From the human T2T-CHM13v2.0 reference genome, Homo sapiens, in the NCBI RefSeq assembly GCF_009914755.1, contig NC_060934.1: a stretch of DNA of 64,000 nucleotides; one strand, 5' to 3'. This document shows, in pieces, positions 39,228 through 64,000 of this stretch. Position 1 is the first letter of the stretch. The number at the start of each line of letters is the position of its first letter. A program made the position numbers and the translations under genes. The notes under the pieces were generated by a model. The model was not told the DNA's origin. It saw only the letters and a program-made list of their open reading frames with translations, and did no database searches.

Positions 39228-40996
39228 CTAAGGGTACGAAACATAATTAAAACTTGAAAGATGTCATTTTAAAACAATAGCCTTTTAGAAAGATTTTTGG
39301 AACTTATTAGATAGGAAATGTAAATTTTGCAGAATCAGAAACAAAACTACCATTGCTACTAAGAAAAAAGGAGTATAAAATAAGTGCTATGTAACAGAAG
39401 AAAAATCTAATGTTGAACAGAGGTAAATGCAGAGGAGTTGATCTACCCCAGAGATGATAAACAGTGAAAATTTAAAAAATTAACACCAAAAAAGGCAGAT
39501 TATGGACAATAGCAGTCTATTTAAGATTTTTAATTTGGTACGTCTATAAAAACTTTGTTACATGTGGCTAATGCTCCAAAAAAAAAAAAAAAGAGAAAGA
39601 AAGAAAAAGGCAGGTCATAGTTTTTAGGCCAATCTTAAATTTACAGTTTTAGGTGCAATTTCACTTAGACTCAGGCACCTTAGGACAAACAAGTGACCTA
39701 CTTTTAACAGGCTCAATTTGAATATTTCTTTCTTCTTATGTAGAAAAACAAACTTGAATTAGTAGGAAAAAACATAATGCAGTAAAAAACCTGAGGTATG
39801 ACATAGTTTGACTAAGCCATGATTATGGGCGTTTATGAAATCATAAGAGAAAAAGTCCATAAAATTTTAATAAGCAGTGATTCAATAAATAACATGGTAT
39901 GTAACTTTAACATAAGTAACCAATATGCCTTTCTTGAGGCTATTCCTTAATAATAATACCTAACTTTAAGATACCTACAGCTAATAAATTAACTCTTCTA
40001 TATCAGGTTGAATTTAACTCATGATTCCTGTAGTAATTCTTAAGAAACTTTACATCCCATTTTATAGAATAAGACTTGATTCAGATGAAGCTAAGAGCAG
40101 AGGCTCTGAATAGGACTACTTTATTCAGTGGGCCTAAGGAACTCTTGGGTCCATAAACATCTCAGTTACTACGCCTCACAGTCCAGCTGTCACAGAAGCC
40201 ATTATCATTACTTGTTATTTACTTTAAGTGCATAAGAAAATATGATACTATGCTAAGTACTTTACATATACCACAAGGGGAAACTCTATCTATCTGGAGT
40301 CTATAATCAAAGATGTATGAAAACAGATGATTTCTGGTCACATAACATCTTTTACCCACCTCAATACTTCCAGGCTGGGAAAAATGTCTAATAGCTACAT
40401 ACCAAAGCTGGATAGGCCCAGATAAAGGATCATGTTATGACACAGTATAATAAAGTTTTTTAAATGATCCTCTTATACAAGTGGATTTTTAGTTTGAGCC
40501 AAGTAACAGACATCCCCCATCATACAGAGATCTATTATATGAACATCTGCTGCAGCATTTGTAAAGCAAGAGATGAAATTCAGTGTATGATCCCAGGGAA
40601 CTAATTAATGGAAGTCTTCTGGGAATACATATTAGCGATGATTACACCTCAAAGCTGCTGCCTAAAGACTGAAACATAAAATAAAATAAGTAGGAAACAG
40701 ACTACTTTGGCCCAGCACATCTCATAAACCCATAACCTTGCCTTGATAATGTTTTTTCAATAATATAATAACTATTATTAAAAGTAAGCAAATAAAGCCG
40801 ACAGTGACTAAAACTGCCAAATTTCATTATAGATCCAAAAAGTTGCAGAATTACACCTTGGCATCACAGAAAACTATAAATATTCACCAAGGATAAACAA
40901 ATAACTACTGCCTACCATAATGCTTTGGACTACCAGAGTGTAGTCCATTATTTGAGTCAAATAATGAATCAAATCACTGATGCAACAAAAAAATTA

Positions 40997-41483
<487 letters not shown>

Positions 41484-41886
41484 AACAGCAGGTCAAAACG
41501 TTCTGTATCTACTAAGCATCCTTGAGAAGCAAGGAAATGAACGAGGAGAGAATATTTAAGGTTTAGCATTCTGGAACAGAAGTATGTCTGAAAAGAGATC
41601 AATGACATTATCACAGGTTAGTCCTCATCACATGCTTTATATGTAACACCAGTTAGAATGGAAAGGGCTGCTGAAAATTCTATACCTCAATAAAATATTT
41701 TGTAGGCCTGAAGGCTCATTTAAAATATGACATCACTCATTTTTTCTTTTTCAGAAAACACAGGGAAAAACACTGTTTAAAATACCTTTTGTTAAATTAT
41801 GAAGCCATCTCTGTGGAAATAATAATTATTATTATTAATGTGGTAAGTACACAAAGTTGGATAATTCATAGGGTATTCTGCATTAC

Positions 41887-42094
41887 CTGTCTAGGGCACC
41901 TTCTAGGTGTTCATGAGAAACATCAAAATAGTAATTGGTATGCTCTCCACTAGTAAAGGCATTTGAACTTCCTGCATGCTCACTGAGAAACTGGCTGTAT
42001 TCATTTTCTTTAGGGTATTTCTTTGTTCCCAAAAAAAGCATATGTTCACAAAAATGACTTAAGCCAGCAATATTTGGAGGATCCGACAATGAAC
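41887..42094 (-). CDS. IDE: IDE exon 3 (208 bp; inverted zinc-binding motif HFCEH at 42042-42056)
   Basis: [69 protein letters not shown](R). HXXEH is the M16 signature. Acceptor tctttcag, donor CAG|gtaatg; phase continuous with exon 2. Confidence 0.99.
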
Positions 42095-42334
42095 CTGAAA
42101 GAGAAAACACGTATATAATAAATCATTGTCCTATGCTGAAAGTTAGTAAGTACAGGTGATTTGTAGTTCTTGTTAGCATGACAACTCCAACTATATAATC
42201 AGAGAAAGTTAAGCACAAGCTACCTAAAATGATATTATTTAGAAAGTAAATCAGTAGTCAGAAGACTGGTTTCTAGTGCCTGCTCTTGACGCTAATTAGT
42301 TGGTAACCTCAGGCAGGTTACTTAGTGTCTCTGA

Positions 42335-42711
<377 letters not shown>

Positions 42712-43063
42712 AGAGCTAGAATTTTCTTGTCATGATTTCATTGCAGGAGACTATACAGCACAGTGTTAACAGCATGCGTTTGGGGGTTACCAGCTCTACT
42801 GGCTGTGAAACGGTAAGCACAATACTGTACCTATCTTGACTCAATCGCTTCAATATATACCCATCTTAGAGGGCTGTGTGAGTACAAATTAGATGACATA
42901 TGCAAATCACCCTGGTAGTCTAAGGCATTATGGTAGGCAGTAGTTATTTGTTCAATATTACCTTATTTCTTCAGTTCTAAAATGACACTGAGTTAAAAGT
43001 TTTTCAAAGAGGACAAAAAGAAACACTGTCCCACTAACTGTACACATACATAAAAAGCAACTC

Positions 43064-44448
<1,385 letters not shown>

Positions 44449-44674
44449 CTAGGTCACCTTAGGTGGGAACCTAACAAGATGTCCTTAGAAAATGTAAGAT
44501 TATTTGACTGAAACAACTGCAGTTTACCAATAGCTTTACGAGGGTTCTGGTATAAAATAAGGTACATGGAACCGGTAACTATTGAGTATTTAAACACGTA
44601 TGGAAAGTTCTAATAAATGTCAGCATTAGGTCAATGAAACAAAACAAAGCTTAATTCACAATTTTCAATTGTAC

Positions 44675-44859
44675 CTATGTGCACATCAAGTGCTGCTGAT
44701 GACTTATCCGTGGTGGGATCACTGATAAGAAGTACTTTGATACCATTGGCCAGCTCTAGCCCTCGATATTCTCGCTTGTCTTCAGGAGACTTGGTAATGT
44801 GATTTCCTATTCTCTTGATGGCTGGATTATTCATTTTGCTGTAAGTCTTTTTTTGGAAA
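44675..44859 (-). CDS. IDE: IDE exon 2 (185 bp; Gly33-Gly95, contains alternative start Met42)
   Basis: Translates (G)[61 protein letters not shown](G), matching human IDE. Acceptor ttttcag (AG at 44860-44861), donor TAG|gtacaa. Confidence 0.98.
44832..44834 (-). promoter_or_regulatory. IDE: Alternative translation start Met42 of IDE
   Basis: AGCAAAATGA context with A at -3. IDE is known to initiate at Met1 (mitochondria-targeted form) or Met42 (major cytosolic form). Confidence 0.85.
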
Positions 44860-45184
44860 CTGAAAAGAAAGAGATTTTTAATTGTTGATTTGTGACTTTA
44901 TATTTAAGGACAAACAATAACGTCAAGTAAACCCATATAATACATCATCAGATTTTTCTAAATGCTGAAGGAAACCTTTTATAGCCACTCTACAGGGTGC
45001 AGTCATTCCTTTCCTCCCTCTTACCCCTCATTCTTTCTGAGAAATGCTAACAAAATTGTTTTCATGGAGCCATATTTGTATCTGAAAGAGCACATGGATA
45101 GGGATTTGAGATAGGGTGGGTTAGACCATGTGTTGGCCTGTATGCAGAACTAGAATAGAGTTTTTTTTGCTGGTTTTGTTTTTG

Positions 45185-47671
<2,487 letters not shown>

Positions 47672-49084
47672 TCAATATAAATTAAACTATTTTTAAAAAT
47701 GAATCCAACTTAGCAGCGACATAACACTAAATAAGCCACAAGGCAGCCTCCATTAAGACACCCAGCAAGAAGGGCAGTGTTAAAACGGCAGTGTTAATAA
47801 GAACCTCCGTGTGTACCAAAGAGAATGCCTGAACTTACCCCAGGCAAGAATCTACTCCAGGGAGAAAAGAGGTTGGTCTTCTGGTGATAGTTATACTCAA
47901 TTTCCTCTGTGGTGCTTGACCTAGTGAGTTTGACTTAGGTAACCAAAAATTACAAATGACTGAAATGTAATAATGATGATGATGATGATGGTCTAAAACT
48001 TCTGTCCAAACCACAACTGTGTAGAGGGGAGATGAAATATAGCTCACTTTGGAAGTATAAATTAACTTACTATGTGGGAGGTTAAAAACTCTATATAAAG
48101 ATAACCACCTCAACTATAAGCTACACTCTGTACTTTTTTTCAGGGTTTCAACTTCCCTTATCTGGATTTTAATTTTTTTAGACAAAAAAAATTTAAATTG
48201 TAAAACACAGAGTAGGATGTAGGTAGACAGAACAGTTCCAGCCCAGTAAGAACTATTTGCAAATGATCAGAATCCATCACAGCCATGGATATAACTTATT
48301 TGGACGCTGAAGTTGTGCTGGATTAATATTCCTGATATGGTTGAGAATAAAGAGATAGATTTATTCTACAAGTCACACATAAAAATTAGTCCAACTACTA
48401 GTGTACAAAGGATCAAGAAAAGCTAAAAATTTCCAAGGTGGCAATACTCCCTAATCAAATATCATGACTTCTTGAGGAAGTAAAACCCAAAAGAAATAGT
48501 AGCAACATTTTCAAACAAAACCTATTCCTGGCAATCCTATTCAATACAAAGTCTGGGTTTACCTATAGCATATCTATAAACACTTCCTACAACGATTTGA
48601 TTCTCACCTTCTGGAGAAGTGAAGACAATGACTGGGAACTCTTCCTCCTCTGATGATGAATTCATCAACAGCTTGCCTGTCTCTGTATTTATACTCATAA
48701 GATCACCTGTCTATCTACTTCAGATCATTAGCATAAAGCCTTCAAGAGTAATTTTATTTATGGCAAATGTTCTCCAATAAGCAAGCATACTGACAATTTA
48801 GATGACGAGCTAGTGTTAACTCAAATGCTTTCCCAGACATTTATATTTTTAACTTGTTAAAGTTAAAATTTTAGGAGCAATAAAATTACTTTCAATTCTA
48901 GGGACATTGTCATACACTGGAAACTTCATAAGGCACAGAACTGTCTTTTCAGCACTCTGATAAACTGGAGAGATATTTAGTAATTACAACATATATTTTG
49001 TCATTCTGCTCAGAATTTAAAACAATGACTATAATCACAGAAGATAAAAGCTGGAAGAGCCACTAGATGTTATCTAGTCCTTTG

Positions 49085-49200
49085 CAGTTCAGGGACTGGC
49101 TACACTGGCTTCTCCTGGGAGCTTGTTAAAAATGCAAAATATCAGAACCCACCAGAGACCTACTGAGCCATAATCTGCATTTTAACAAGATCCCCAGGTG
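49085..49200. mobile_element. MER5A fragment within a MIR
   Basis: cctgggagcttgttaaaaatgca..gacctactga..aatctgcattttaacaagatccccaggtg. Confidence 0.75.
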
Positions 49201-51244
49201 GGCTAGATCCCCTCATCTTACATACAAGGAAACTGAACCTCAAGGAGTTTAATAAATCAGTTGCCCAAGATCATACAACAAAAAGTTATAATCAAACTCA
49301 GTCTTAACTCCCAGTCCTGTGTCCAGCCTCCCCTCCACATCCAAACAAACACTTAAGGAAGTCTATTAAGGTCCAGGCATCACACTATGCAAATGGTTAC
49401 AAAAATGAGTACACCAGAGCCCTTGTTTTGAAGGAACCTAGACTAGTGATGAAGTCAGATATAAAAACAGGTCATTATCTTTTTTTTCTACTTTTTGAGA
49501 CAAGGTTTCACTCTGTCACCCAGGCACAATCTTGGTTCACTATAGCCTCAACATCCCGGGCTCAGGTGATCCTCCCACCTCAGCCTCCCCAGTAGCTGGG
49601 ACTATAGGCACTCACCACCGTACCCAGCTAATTTTTTGTTTTGTTTTATAGACAGGGTTTCGCCATGCTGGCCAGACTGGTCTCGAACTCCTGGCTTCAA
49701 GCAATCCACCCGCCTTGGCCTCCCAAAGTTCTGGGACTACAGGCATGGGCCACCGTGCCTAGTCTCTAGGTAATTTTTTTGTAGAGATGGGGTTTTGCCA
49801 TGTTGTCCAGGCTGGTCTTTCAAACTCCTGGGCGCAAGAGACTGCCGCCTTGGCCTCCCAAAGTGCTGGGATTACAGGCATGAGACACTACACCCAGCCC
49901 AGGTCATTATCTTTTAAGTGTGGTGACAAAACTTTCCCTGGGGCACTATGGGAGTAACCCTGTCTAGGAGGGGGAGTAGAAGCACACCAAATAAAAGGCA
50001 AGGGGACAATCAATCAAAGTAGAAGGGAATTCGTGAGCGAAGCCTGACAATGAGGAAAAAGCATGAGGAATACAGTGGAAAAACAAGAAGCGTGGTGCTA
50101 ATGAACTACAACAGGAACTCCAGGTCAAGATCATGGACTAAGACATGTAAAGGCCTAAATTTCAGGTTTGCAAAAACAAATCCCCAAATATAAGGTCATT
50201 TCCAAATTCCACACCAAGAGTAAATTTTACTCTGCAAAGAATCTTTTATTCAGGTGACCTTTCAGTCTTTCTCATCTCTCTTTAAAGTGTTTCATGATCA
50301 ATATAGTAGCAGATTGGGAAATTTTACTTTGCTTTTTGCTTCCTACTCACCTCCATTGGTCTCTCACAAATTTAAAGTCAGACCTGATTTAGAAATAATG
50401 ACCTATAAACCTGAACAGGTGAGTGATCACGTTAATAGTGAATTACAAACCAAAACCTCCCTTCTGTGGAATCCATCCACCCACTCCCAAAACCATAGGT
50501 GGAAGTCAAGGCCTATAGCACTCATGCATGTGGAGGAGGAGCCCAGAGAGAAAAGGCATGGAATCAAAACCACACCACATAACATTCCCAGTTCCTTGCA
50601 GAAGGTAGAGGTAAATAAGCAGAGGGTGACAAGATAGTGGTGGTATGAGCCCAAGGATGCCTCAACATATTAATGCTTAAGACCATATACCCCAAGTACT
50701 ATTAATAATACATGAACTAAAAAATAACAACATGTCTTAGGGAACCACCTACCCAAAGCTCTTCAGTTATAGGAACAGGTACACCTAACTTCATACACCA
50801 GCTAGATCATAAAGTTGGGTACAAAATAAAATCCTGTTAAACTTATTCACCCCTGATGTTTTGCCTTTGTGCCAGGCAGAATATCAGCTATCGTAACTCT
50901 ATGTCCTGGCCCTCTGGAAAGGAGTTTATGATCAACAAATAAACCCTTAAATGAAGTAGGGTGGTTGCAATTTAAAGAAATTCTAAAGTAGTATCATTCT
51001 AGAGAGAAGTGCTTTTGCAAATGTTGTTTTAGTTTGATGCATGCCTATCAATGGTTGTTCATTCCAAAAGTGACAAGCTTAACACAGAACACTTTATAGA
51101 AACGTTATAAAGTTTAAGCAAGTGAATAAAACCTCTGTTTTAGACCTTGTGCCACAGAGGTAACTATAGAAAGTTTCTTGTAGTTTGGGTACCAAGGGTG
51201 TTTCACAAGTATCCTTCTTCCACATGGAGTTTTCAGGGCTGTTA

Positions 51245-51616
<372 letters not shown>

Positions 51617-52289
51617 TCATAGGCTTTATAAACTGTTCATTTAATCCTTCCATTCTCCTTAAGTGGTGGGTCGTAACAGCTGTTTGCAGTCATCCTCTTC
51701 AACTCCAAATGAGAAACAAAAGCTCAGTCAGTGCTTGCATACTAAAGTATAACCAAAAAGAAAAAAAAGAAAAGATAAGTGGTTAAGTGACTTGCCCAAG
51801 GGCAAGCTGATTGTGGTAAAGCTGGAACTACAGAGAAAGAGGAAGCGTGGGAAGGGGAGGGACAGAGGTGGTGCTGAAGGAAATCATACACTGGTTTATT
51901 CTCCAGCTCCTGTTTATCACCCTCACAGTCCTTCCCTAGCCCCATTCTTCTTCCCTTACAATCCCAAATAACAAAAGCCAGGAAACAAAAATTAAACTAG
52001 GTCAAAATAAATGCTCCAAGGAAAGTTTTCAGTTTTTCACTCCTTCTTCTGCATATAAAACACAGGTAGTAGGGGGAGTCTGCAATGCTTCTAATCTACC
52101 AAAGGAATCCCTTAGCTAAGAACCATAATACATGGCAGGATTAAATGTATAACAGGTTTAAAGCAAGAGAGTATATGTACAGAACTGACTCATGCATGAA
52201 AGGAAACATAAAAACAAGTACTACAGTAGACATGAATGGGTTTAAGTATACTATTTTTTAAAAGTATACATTAAACCATATAATCAGAA

Positions 52290-53690
52290 AAAAGAGAAGA
52301 AAATCATAATCATCTTGGTAGCTGCAGAAAAGTACTTAAATTCAACAACCATTCACGTATTTTTTTAAAGTCAGCAAACTGGAATTAAATTTATCCATTT
52401 TAAAAAGAATATCATAGAAACTATGGTAATTATCATACTCAATGGTATACTCAATAGTTTACATTACAATTAATGTAAACAATCTCCCGCCCTCCCCCAC
52501 CAACACGATGCCACTAACACTTCTTCTATTTCAACATTGTATTGGTAGTTCTAACCAGTCCAAATAAACCAAGAAAAAGAAACAAAACACATAGAGATGG
52601 GAAAGGAAAGAGGAAAAAAATTAACATGATTCTCAAGCAATATGATTATGTATATAGAAAATCCCAAGAATCTACTGACAACTTCCACTTCTGGGTAGGA
52701 TATAGCAGCTCATGGCAAACTAATTCAGCTTCAACAACTAGGAAAGGCCATGATAAATTACAAAAATCACATTTGCAAAGATGTTGGAAAGTTGTGCAAG
52801 CAACAAGGATTGGATAAACTAGTTCCAGAAAGGTGAGCAACCTCTGAGGTGAGCTGATAATCATCATTCATTTTCTTATCTGGGAATATCTGCTAATTCT
52901 GAGTGCAGACTGAAGATCATGCTTGCCCTAAGCAAAGGGACTGTACTGGACGAAGAGGTATCATTGAGGCTTCAGTGGTGGCATGAAGTTGGTGTGACAG
53001 ATTAAAGTCCCAGGAGGTCCCAAATTTGCAACTAACTTTCCCAACAGAAGATTTTCTGAGATACTACTATGTATTTACCAGAATGGCTAAAAAGAAAAAG
53101 AGGGCAAATACCAAGTGTTAGAGAAGTTAACAAACTCTCACACACTGCTACAGACATGCAATTTGGTATGGGTACAACCATTTTCAAAAACTGGCACTAT
53201 ACACTAAAGCTCACACTATGACCTAACAATGCTAGTAACAGATAAATAACCCAAATAAATGCATTTATATGTTCATAGCAACACTATTCAAACTAGCCCA
53301 AACCAGAAATGATCAAATGACAATCAACAGTGAAATGATAAATTGTACATGCACACAATGGAAAGTATACAGCAATAAAAAGGAATAATATAGAACAAAG
53401 CACAATAAACATGAATCTCACTAATATAGGGTTGAGTGAAAGAGGCTAGACACAAAAGAGTAAATACTGTAACCTTCCATTTATACAAAGCAGAAGAGCA
53501 AGTAAAATCAAGCTATGCTTTCATCCCAGGATAGTCATTACCCTTGGGAGTGGGAGTAGTGATTGGATTTGGAAAGGAGAATGAAGGGGGCTTTGGGGTT
53601 CCAGGTCATGTGCTGGTTATACAGGTACGTTCAGTTTGTAAAAATGCATTAAGTTGAACACTGCCATCTTTCAATTAAAAGTTCTTAAAA
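52290..53690 (+). mobile_element. Old L1M ORF2 and 3' fragments
   Basis: cttctatttcaacattgtattggtagttctaacc; tatatagaaaatcccaagaatctac; acatgaatctcac..gttgagtgaaaga. Confidence 0.7.
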
Positions 53691-54787
53691 ATAGAGCTTT
53701 TCAAAATATCATAAAACACAGTAAAATAAAAGGAAGGGGGAGATACATGAATTACTGATATTACAAATATCAACCGCCAAAAATCATCCTGGAAATAGTA
53801 CCACTTGAATACTGGAAAGCAGCTACCCATACCAAAGAGGTGCTAAACTAAGAAGGCTCACTAAGGAACAGTAGTACAATTAACATAATTAAACCTTCTC
53901 AGGTGTGTCTCGAGACAATTATTTCAATTATTTCTGTTGATGCTATCTTGGCCACAAGAAATAGGAGGCCCATGTAAGTACAGCATCAGTCAACTAAGTT
54001 AATTCAGTATGCTAAATCTTTTAACTCAGGACTTTACTCATTACATATTATTTGAAAACTAGCTTTTAGTAATTACTTTAGACTCTAGTTAAGATCTAAA
54101 AATAAAACTTGACACTTCCAGTAACTAATAGCTAAGTATAACATAGATAAAAGCAAAATGATTAAACTTTGAATAAATTCTCCCCTCAACAATTTTCAAT
54201 ATTTATACCAAACAACTTCTAATTCAGGATTTGAATGAGAAAAATTATTTTTAAAACAAAATTAAAAGAATACCATATAACGTTAACATTTCTTCAAACT
54301 CAACTAATTTTACATATGGGCAACCTCCCACAGATGCTTCATGAACCCAGAACAGCAAGGGCAGCTTAAAGACACCTGTCATGGTTTTCTTCTTCTTCTT
54401 CTTTTTTGTAAGATAGGGTCTCACTCCCAGCGCCCAGGCTGGAGTGCAGTGGCACTATCATGGCTCATGACTTCCTGGGCTCAGGTGATCCTCCCACCTC
54501 AGCCTCCTGCGCAGCTGGGACTACAGGCATACGCCACCATGCCCGGCTAATTTTTTGTATTTTTTTTTTTTTTAGTAGAGACAGGGTTTTACCATGTTTC
54601 CCAGGATGACTCGAACTCCTGGGCTCAAGCAATCTGCCCGCTTCGGCCTCCCAAAATGCTGGGATTACAGGCATAAGCCACTGCACCTGGCCTGGTTTCT
54701 AAAGATCAGTTCAAATCACAGGCTGGGAAGAGTTATCGACCTGTAAGTAATTCTCTCAAGATAGCCTTCTAAAAAAAGCAAACCATA

Positions 54788-54975
54788 AATATCCCTTATC
54801 AAAAATGGTTGGGATCAGATGTATTTCAGATTTTCCTGGATTTTTAAATATTTGCATTACATTTACCGATAGAGCATCTACTTTGAGCATCATGTTGGTG
54901 CTCAAAAAATTTAGAATTTTGGAGCATTTCTGATTTTGAATTTTGAATTTTTCAGATTTGGAATGCTCAACCTGT
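54788..54975. mobile_element. Tigger4a/MER46A-like DNA transposon
   Basis: tatcccttatc.aaaatg.ttggga..; tttgagcatcatgttggtgctcaaaaa; terminus atgctcaacctg-ta. Confidence 0.78.
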
Positions 54976-56112
54976 ATTCTGTACAGACAGTTCAGTTCCA
55001 CTCATATGTACAGAAGATGATCTGCCCAACTCAGAGAATGCTGCCTCAGGAAACTTGACCTGTACTTTGCCTTAGGTGTGATTCTTCACTGTCTGCACTG
55101 ATCTACTGACCACTTCCAGCCCGTGTTTGGTAATTACATACCCTCACCTTTACCAGATGACCTCTCTGCTCCTGAGGCACTGGATACTACTGGACTATTC
55201 TGGTCAAACCAGACTTTCTGGCCTCATCTAGCTTGTTTTTTTAAAAAACAGTTCTCCCTATGTTGCGCAGGCTGAACTTGAACACCCAGGCCCAAGCGAT
55301 CCTCCCATCTCAGCCTCCCAAGTAGGATGGTGTGCCATCGTGCCCATCTTGGCCTCATCTAGTTTTGACAATCAAGAGTCAGATGAGGCCAGGCGCGATG
55401 GCTCATGCCTGTAATCCCAGCACTTTGGGAGGCCGAGGCAGGCCGATCACCTGAGGTCGGGAGTTCAAGACCAGCCTGACCAACGTCGAGAAACTCCATC
55501 TCTACTAAAAACACCAAAATTAGCCAGGCGTGGTGTCAGACTCCTGTAATCCCAGCTACTCGGGAGGCTGAGCAGGAGAATCGCTTGAACCCAGGAGGCA
55601 GAGGTTGCGGTGAACCAAGATTGTGCCACTGCACTCCAACCTGGGCAACAAGAGCAAAACTCCATCTCAAAAAAAAAAAAAAAAAAAAAAAAAGAGTCAG
55701 ATGAAATGTATACATGGCTCATTAAATTGACAGGGGCACCTATAGTTGCATCACACTCAGACAACCTTTCACAGAGTTTCTCCTGTAAAATATGTTTATA
55801 CAAACTTCACCAAGGCATAGTTCCTGGTACACAGTAGTCATCCATGAATGGTAACTTGATTATTATAAAATCATCATCATTATTATGGTCGCAGTGGCTA
55901 AGGTGCAAATGAACCACCTCCATAACCACCATGTTATTACCAGCATTCTTAACACATACTTATGTGAATTCCAGATGTTATTTGTCATCTCTGGAGGTCA
56001 AAAACATTCATTAGGTAGGCTGATAATAGGATTATACTTTATAAGACTATTAGGAAACCAGGTAAATAATTATCCCTTTATAATTGCTATAGATGAGCCA
56101 GTGTTTATAGTA

Positions 56113-56620
56113 AGTAGTTCTCAATGGGTGACTATTCCCACTCACCAACCCTCGCTGAGGACATATGGCAATGACTAGAGGCATTTTTTATTGTCACAAC
56201 TGAAGGTGCTAATGGCACATAGTGAGTAGAGGCCAGGGATGCCACTAAGCAACCTACACTGTATGGGATATCTCCCACAAGAAAGAATTATATGATCCAC
56301 ACCTGTAATCCCAGCACTTTGGGAGGCTGAGGCGGGCGGATCACATGAGGTCAGGAGTTAGAAACCAGCCTGGCCAACATATTGAAACACTGTCTCTACT
56401 AAAAATACAAAAATCAGCTGGGCATGGTGGCACAAACCTGTAATCCCAGCTACTCGGGAGGCTGAGGCACAAGAATCAGTTGAATCTGGGAGGCGGATGT
56501 TGTGTGAGCCAAGACTGTGCCACTGCACTCCAGCCTGGGCAACAGAGTGAGACTGTGTCTTAAAAAAAAAAAAAGATTTTGGCACAAAATATCAATAGTG
56601 CTAAGGATGAAAGACCCTAG
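56113..56620. mobile_element. MER20 interrupted by an Alu (~56298-56574)
   Basis: tagttctcaa..ggcaatg.ctagaggcatttt..gtcacaactg..tagaggccagggatgc.., resuming as aaaatatcaatagtgctaagg.tga. Confidence 0.8.
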
Positions 56621-57212
56621 CTTATAGTTCTGATTTTATTACCCCCAAAATAATGGATGAAAATCAATGCAACCAATTCTATCCACTTAAATCCAAGAGA
56701 CAGCCTCATTAAAGTACAGAACGCTTCTATAATTAAACTCCCATCTATGTATCTACATATCTCTCAATCAATCAATCAATCAATCAACATCTAAGCCACA
56801 AAAGATTTACATAAAGAGAGGAGAAAAACTGATAATGAAAGAGAAAGAGAGAAGGAAACTTTACAGGAACCTTGTCCTAGAGTAAGGAATCTAGTACGTA
56901 AGTGAAGGGGTTAAGCTTAGAAAGAAGCAAAGCCAGTATGTCAGAACAGATGCTTACTGAATACTCAGTCAGTATCTTGTGGCACATATACTTGTTTAGG
57001 GAATAAATCTATTATATATTATACATATATATAATATATTCAATAAACCCCTTATATAGATCCTATTAGTCCCATTCTTTACTGGATGGGGAAATTAAAG
57101 CTCAGAAAAGTTATTTGGTTGGAACCACATAGGTATAAAATAGAAGAGCTAGGATTCAAACCCAAGTCTTTAGACACAAAATGACCATGCTGTTTAACAC
57201 TCCACCAAGTTA

Positions 57213-59340
<2,128 letters not shown>

Positions 59341-60055
59341 AACCAACCATGATGGGGGGGTGGGGTGAGAAACAATCAATATTCTAACAAACTAACCTAA
59401 CAACTATAAATGAGTAACATAATCACATTGAAGGAGTGTAAAAGAAAAGAACTTAACTATGGAAAGCTGGATTCTGACTGGATACAATAAAGCCTAAGAG
59501 AAAAAGAACTACATGCAAATATTGTGACCTATTTTAAAAATGTTTCTCACAGGTGAGCTAGCAATTATGAAACTATGTGTACACTAGAATTGAGGAAATA
59601 AGAAAGTAAATTGTAGAAAATGAAATCCAGTGTTCTCATTGTTGGAAAAAGATGTTATAAATAAGAAATGGGAGAAGGCTACAATTGTGGTACTAAGTTG
59701 GAATCAAAGGTATCAATACAAACTTATATTTTTAATATATACAAAAAGACATAGAAATATAAAAACGTGTATATGTGGCTGTCCACCAGAGGCACTAGAC
59801 TGGCCGGCCACTAGAAGCAATGACACCTCAGCAACAATGAGCACATCTAGTGCCCAGATCTTGGTCTGCGAAGATTATTTTCTGCTCAGGTGAGTTGGCT
59901 CACGCCTGTAATCCCAGGACTTTGGGAGGCTGAGGCGAGCAGATCACCTCAGGTCAGGAGTTTGAGACCAGTGTGGCTAACATGGTGAACTCCCATCTCT
60001 ACTAAAAATACAAAAATTAGCCAGGCATGGTGGCACATGCCTGTAATCCCAGCTA

Positions 60056-60223
<168 letters not shown>

Positions 60224-60432
60224 CTAAGTGATTGATTCAAGGGCTAGGGCAAGAAAAATATGAGTCTAGAACAGAAGTAAAACAATACTCTAAAAAAGAT
60301 GGGGCTTATTCAAAATACACAGGAGCCAAAATGAAGAAACTCCTAAGGGTCCAAGCCATAATAATTTGAGCAACAAAACAAAGAACGATAGTACTGAATT
60401 TTCAGCCGTAAGTTAAGATAAATGTATGTTCA

Positions 60433-63670
<3,238 letters not shown>

Positions 63671-64000
63671 GTGGGCACAGTGGCTCATGCCTGTAATCCT
63701 AGCACTTTGAGAGGCTGAGGCGGGTGGATGACCTGAGGTCAGGAGTTCGAGACCAGCCTAACCAACATGGTGAAACCCTGTCTCTACAAAAAATACGAAA
63801 ATCAGGCTGGGTGCAGTGGCTCACCCCTATAATCCCAGCACTTTGGGAGGCCAAGGCAGGTGATCACCTGAGGTCAGGAGTTCGAGACCAGCCTGGCCAA
63901 CATGGTGAAACCCTGTCTCTACTAAAACTACAAAAATTAGCCGGGCGTGGTGGTGGGTACCTGTAATCCCAGCTACTCGGGAGGCTGAGGCAGGAGAATC

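Noticed and set aside
47835-48113. ORF with a poly-His tract
   Set aside because: Produced by a short (TGA)n microsatellite; no coding evidence.
55350-55391. 11-bp inverted repeat TGGCCTCATCT..AGATGAGGCCA
   Set aside because: Partly formed by an Alu 5' GGCC and flanking target-site sequence; probably coincidental.
59781-59796. Second CTCF-like motif CCACCAGAGGCACT
   Set aside because: One base short in the core and located in an L1-like relic.

Overview
Human genomic DNA, with no prokaryotic features. The window holds the interior of IDE (insulin-degrading enzyme/insulysin, M16A zinc metallopeptidase) on the minus strand. Ten coding exons (2-11; 1332 nt in total, Gly33 to Arg477) were mapped by GT-AG boundaries and join in one continuous frame. 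They include the alternative start Met42, the inverted zinc motif HFCEH and Glu189. Exon 1 and exons 12 onward lie outside the window. The introns are dense in repeats: roughly 75 Alu copies or fragments (including a human-specific AluYb8), fragmented L1, L2, CR1/L3, MIR and DNA-transposon relics. Nearly all ORFs in the supplied track are Alu or L1 artefacts. I found no evidence of a new gene system. The best leads are: (1) an exon 2-4 back-splice circle whose ORF would run exactly once around and stop on a UGA overlapping its own AUG, giving a 188-aa protein with all zinc ligands; (2) several well-formed cryptic or poison exons; (3) an AG|GT recursive-splice-like site; (4) a near-consensus CTCF site; (5) a 294-bp pure-AT 42-mer minisatellite and a 29-mer palindromic minisatellite; (6) local duplications and closely spaced inverted Alus. 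Repeat coordinates and subfamily calls are by eye and approximate.
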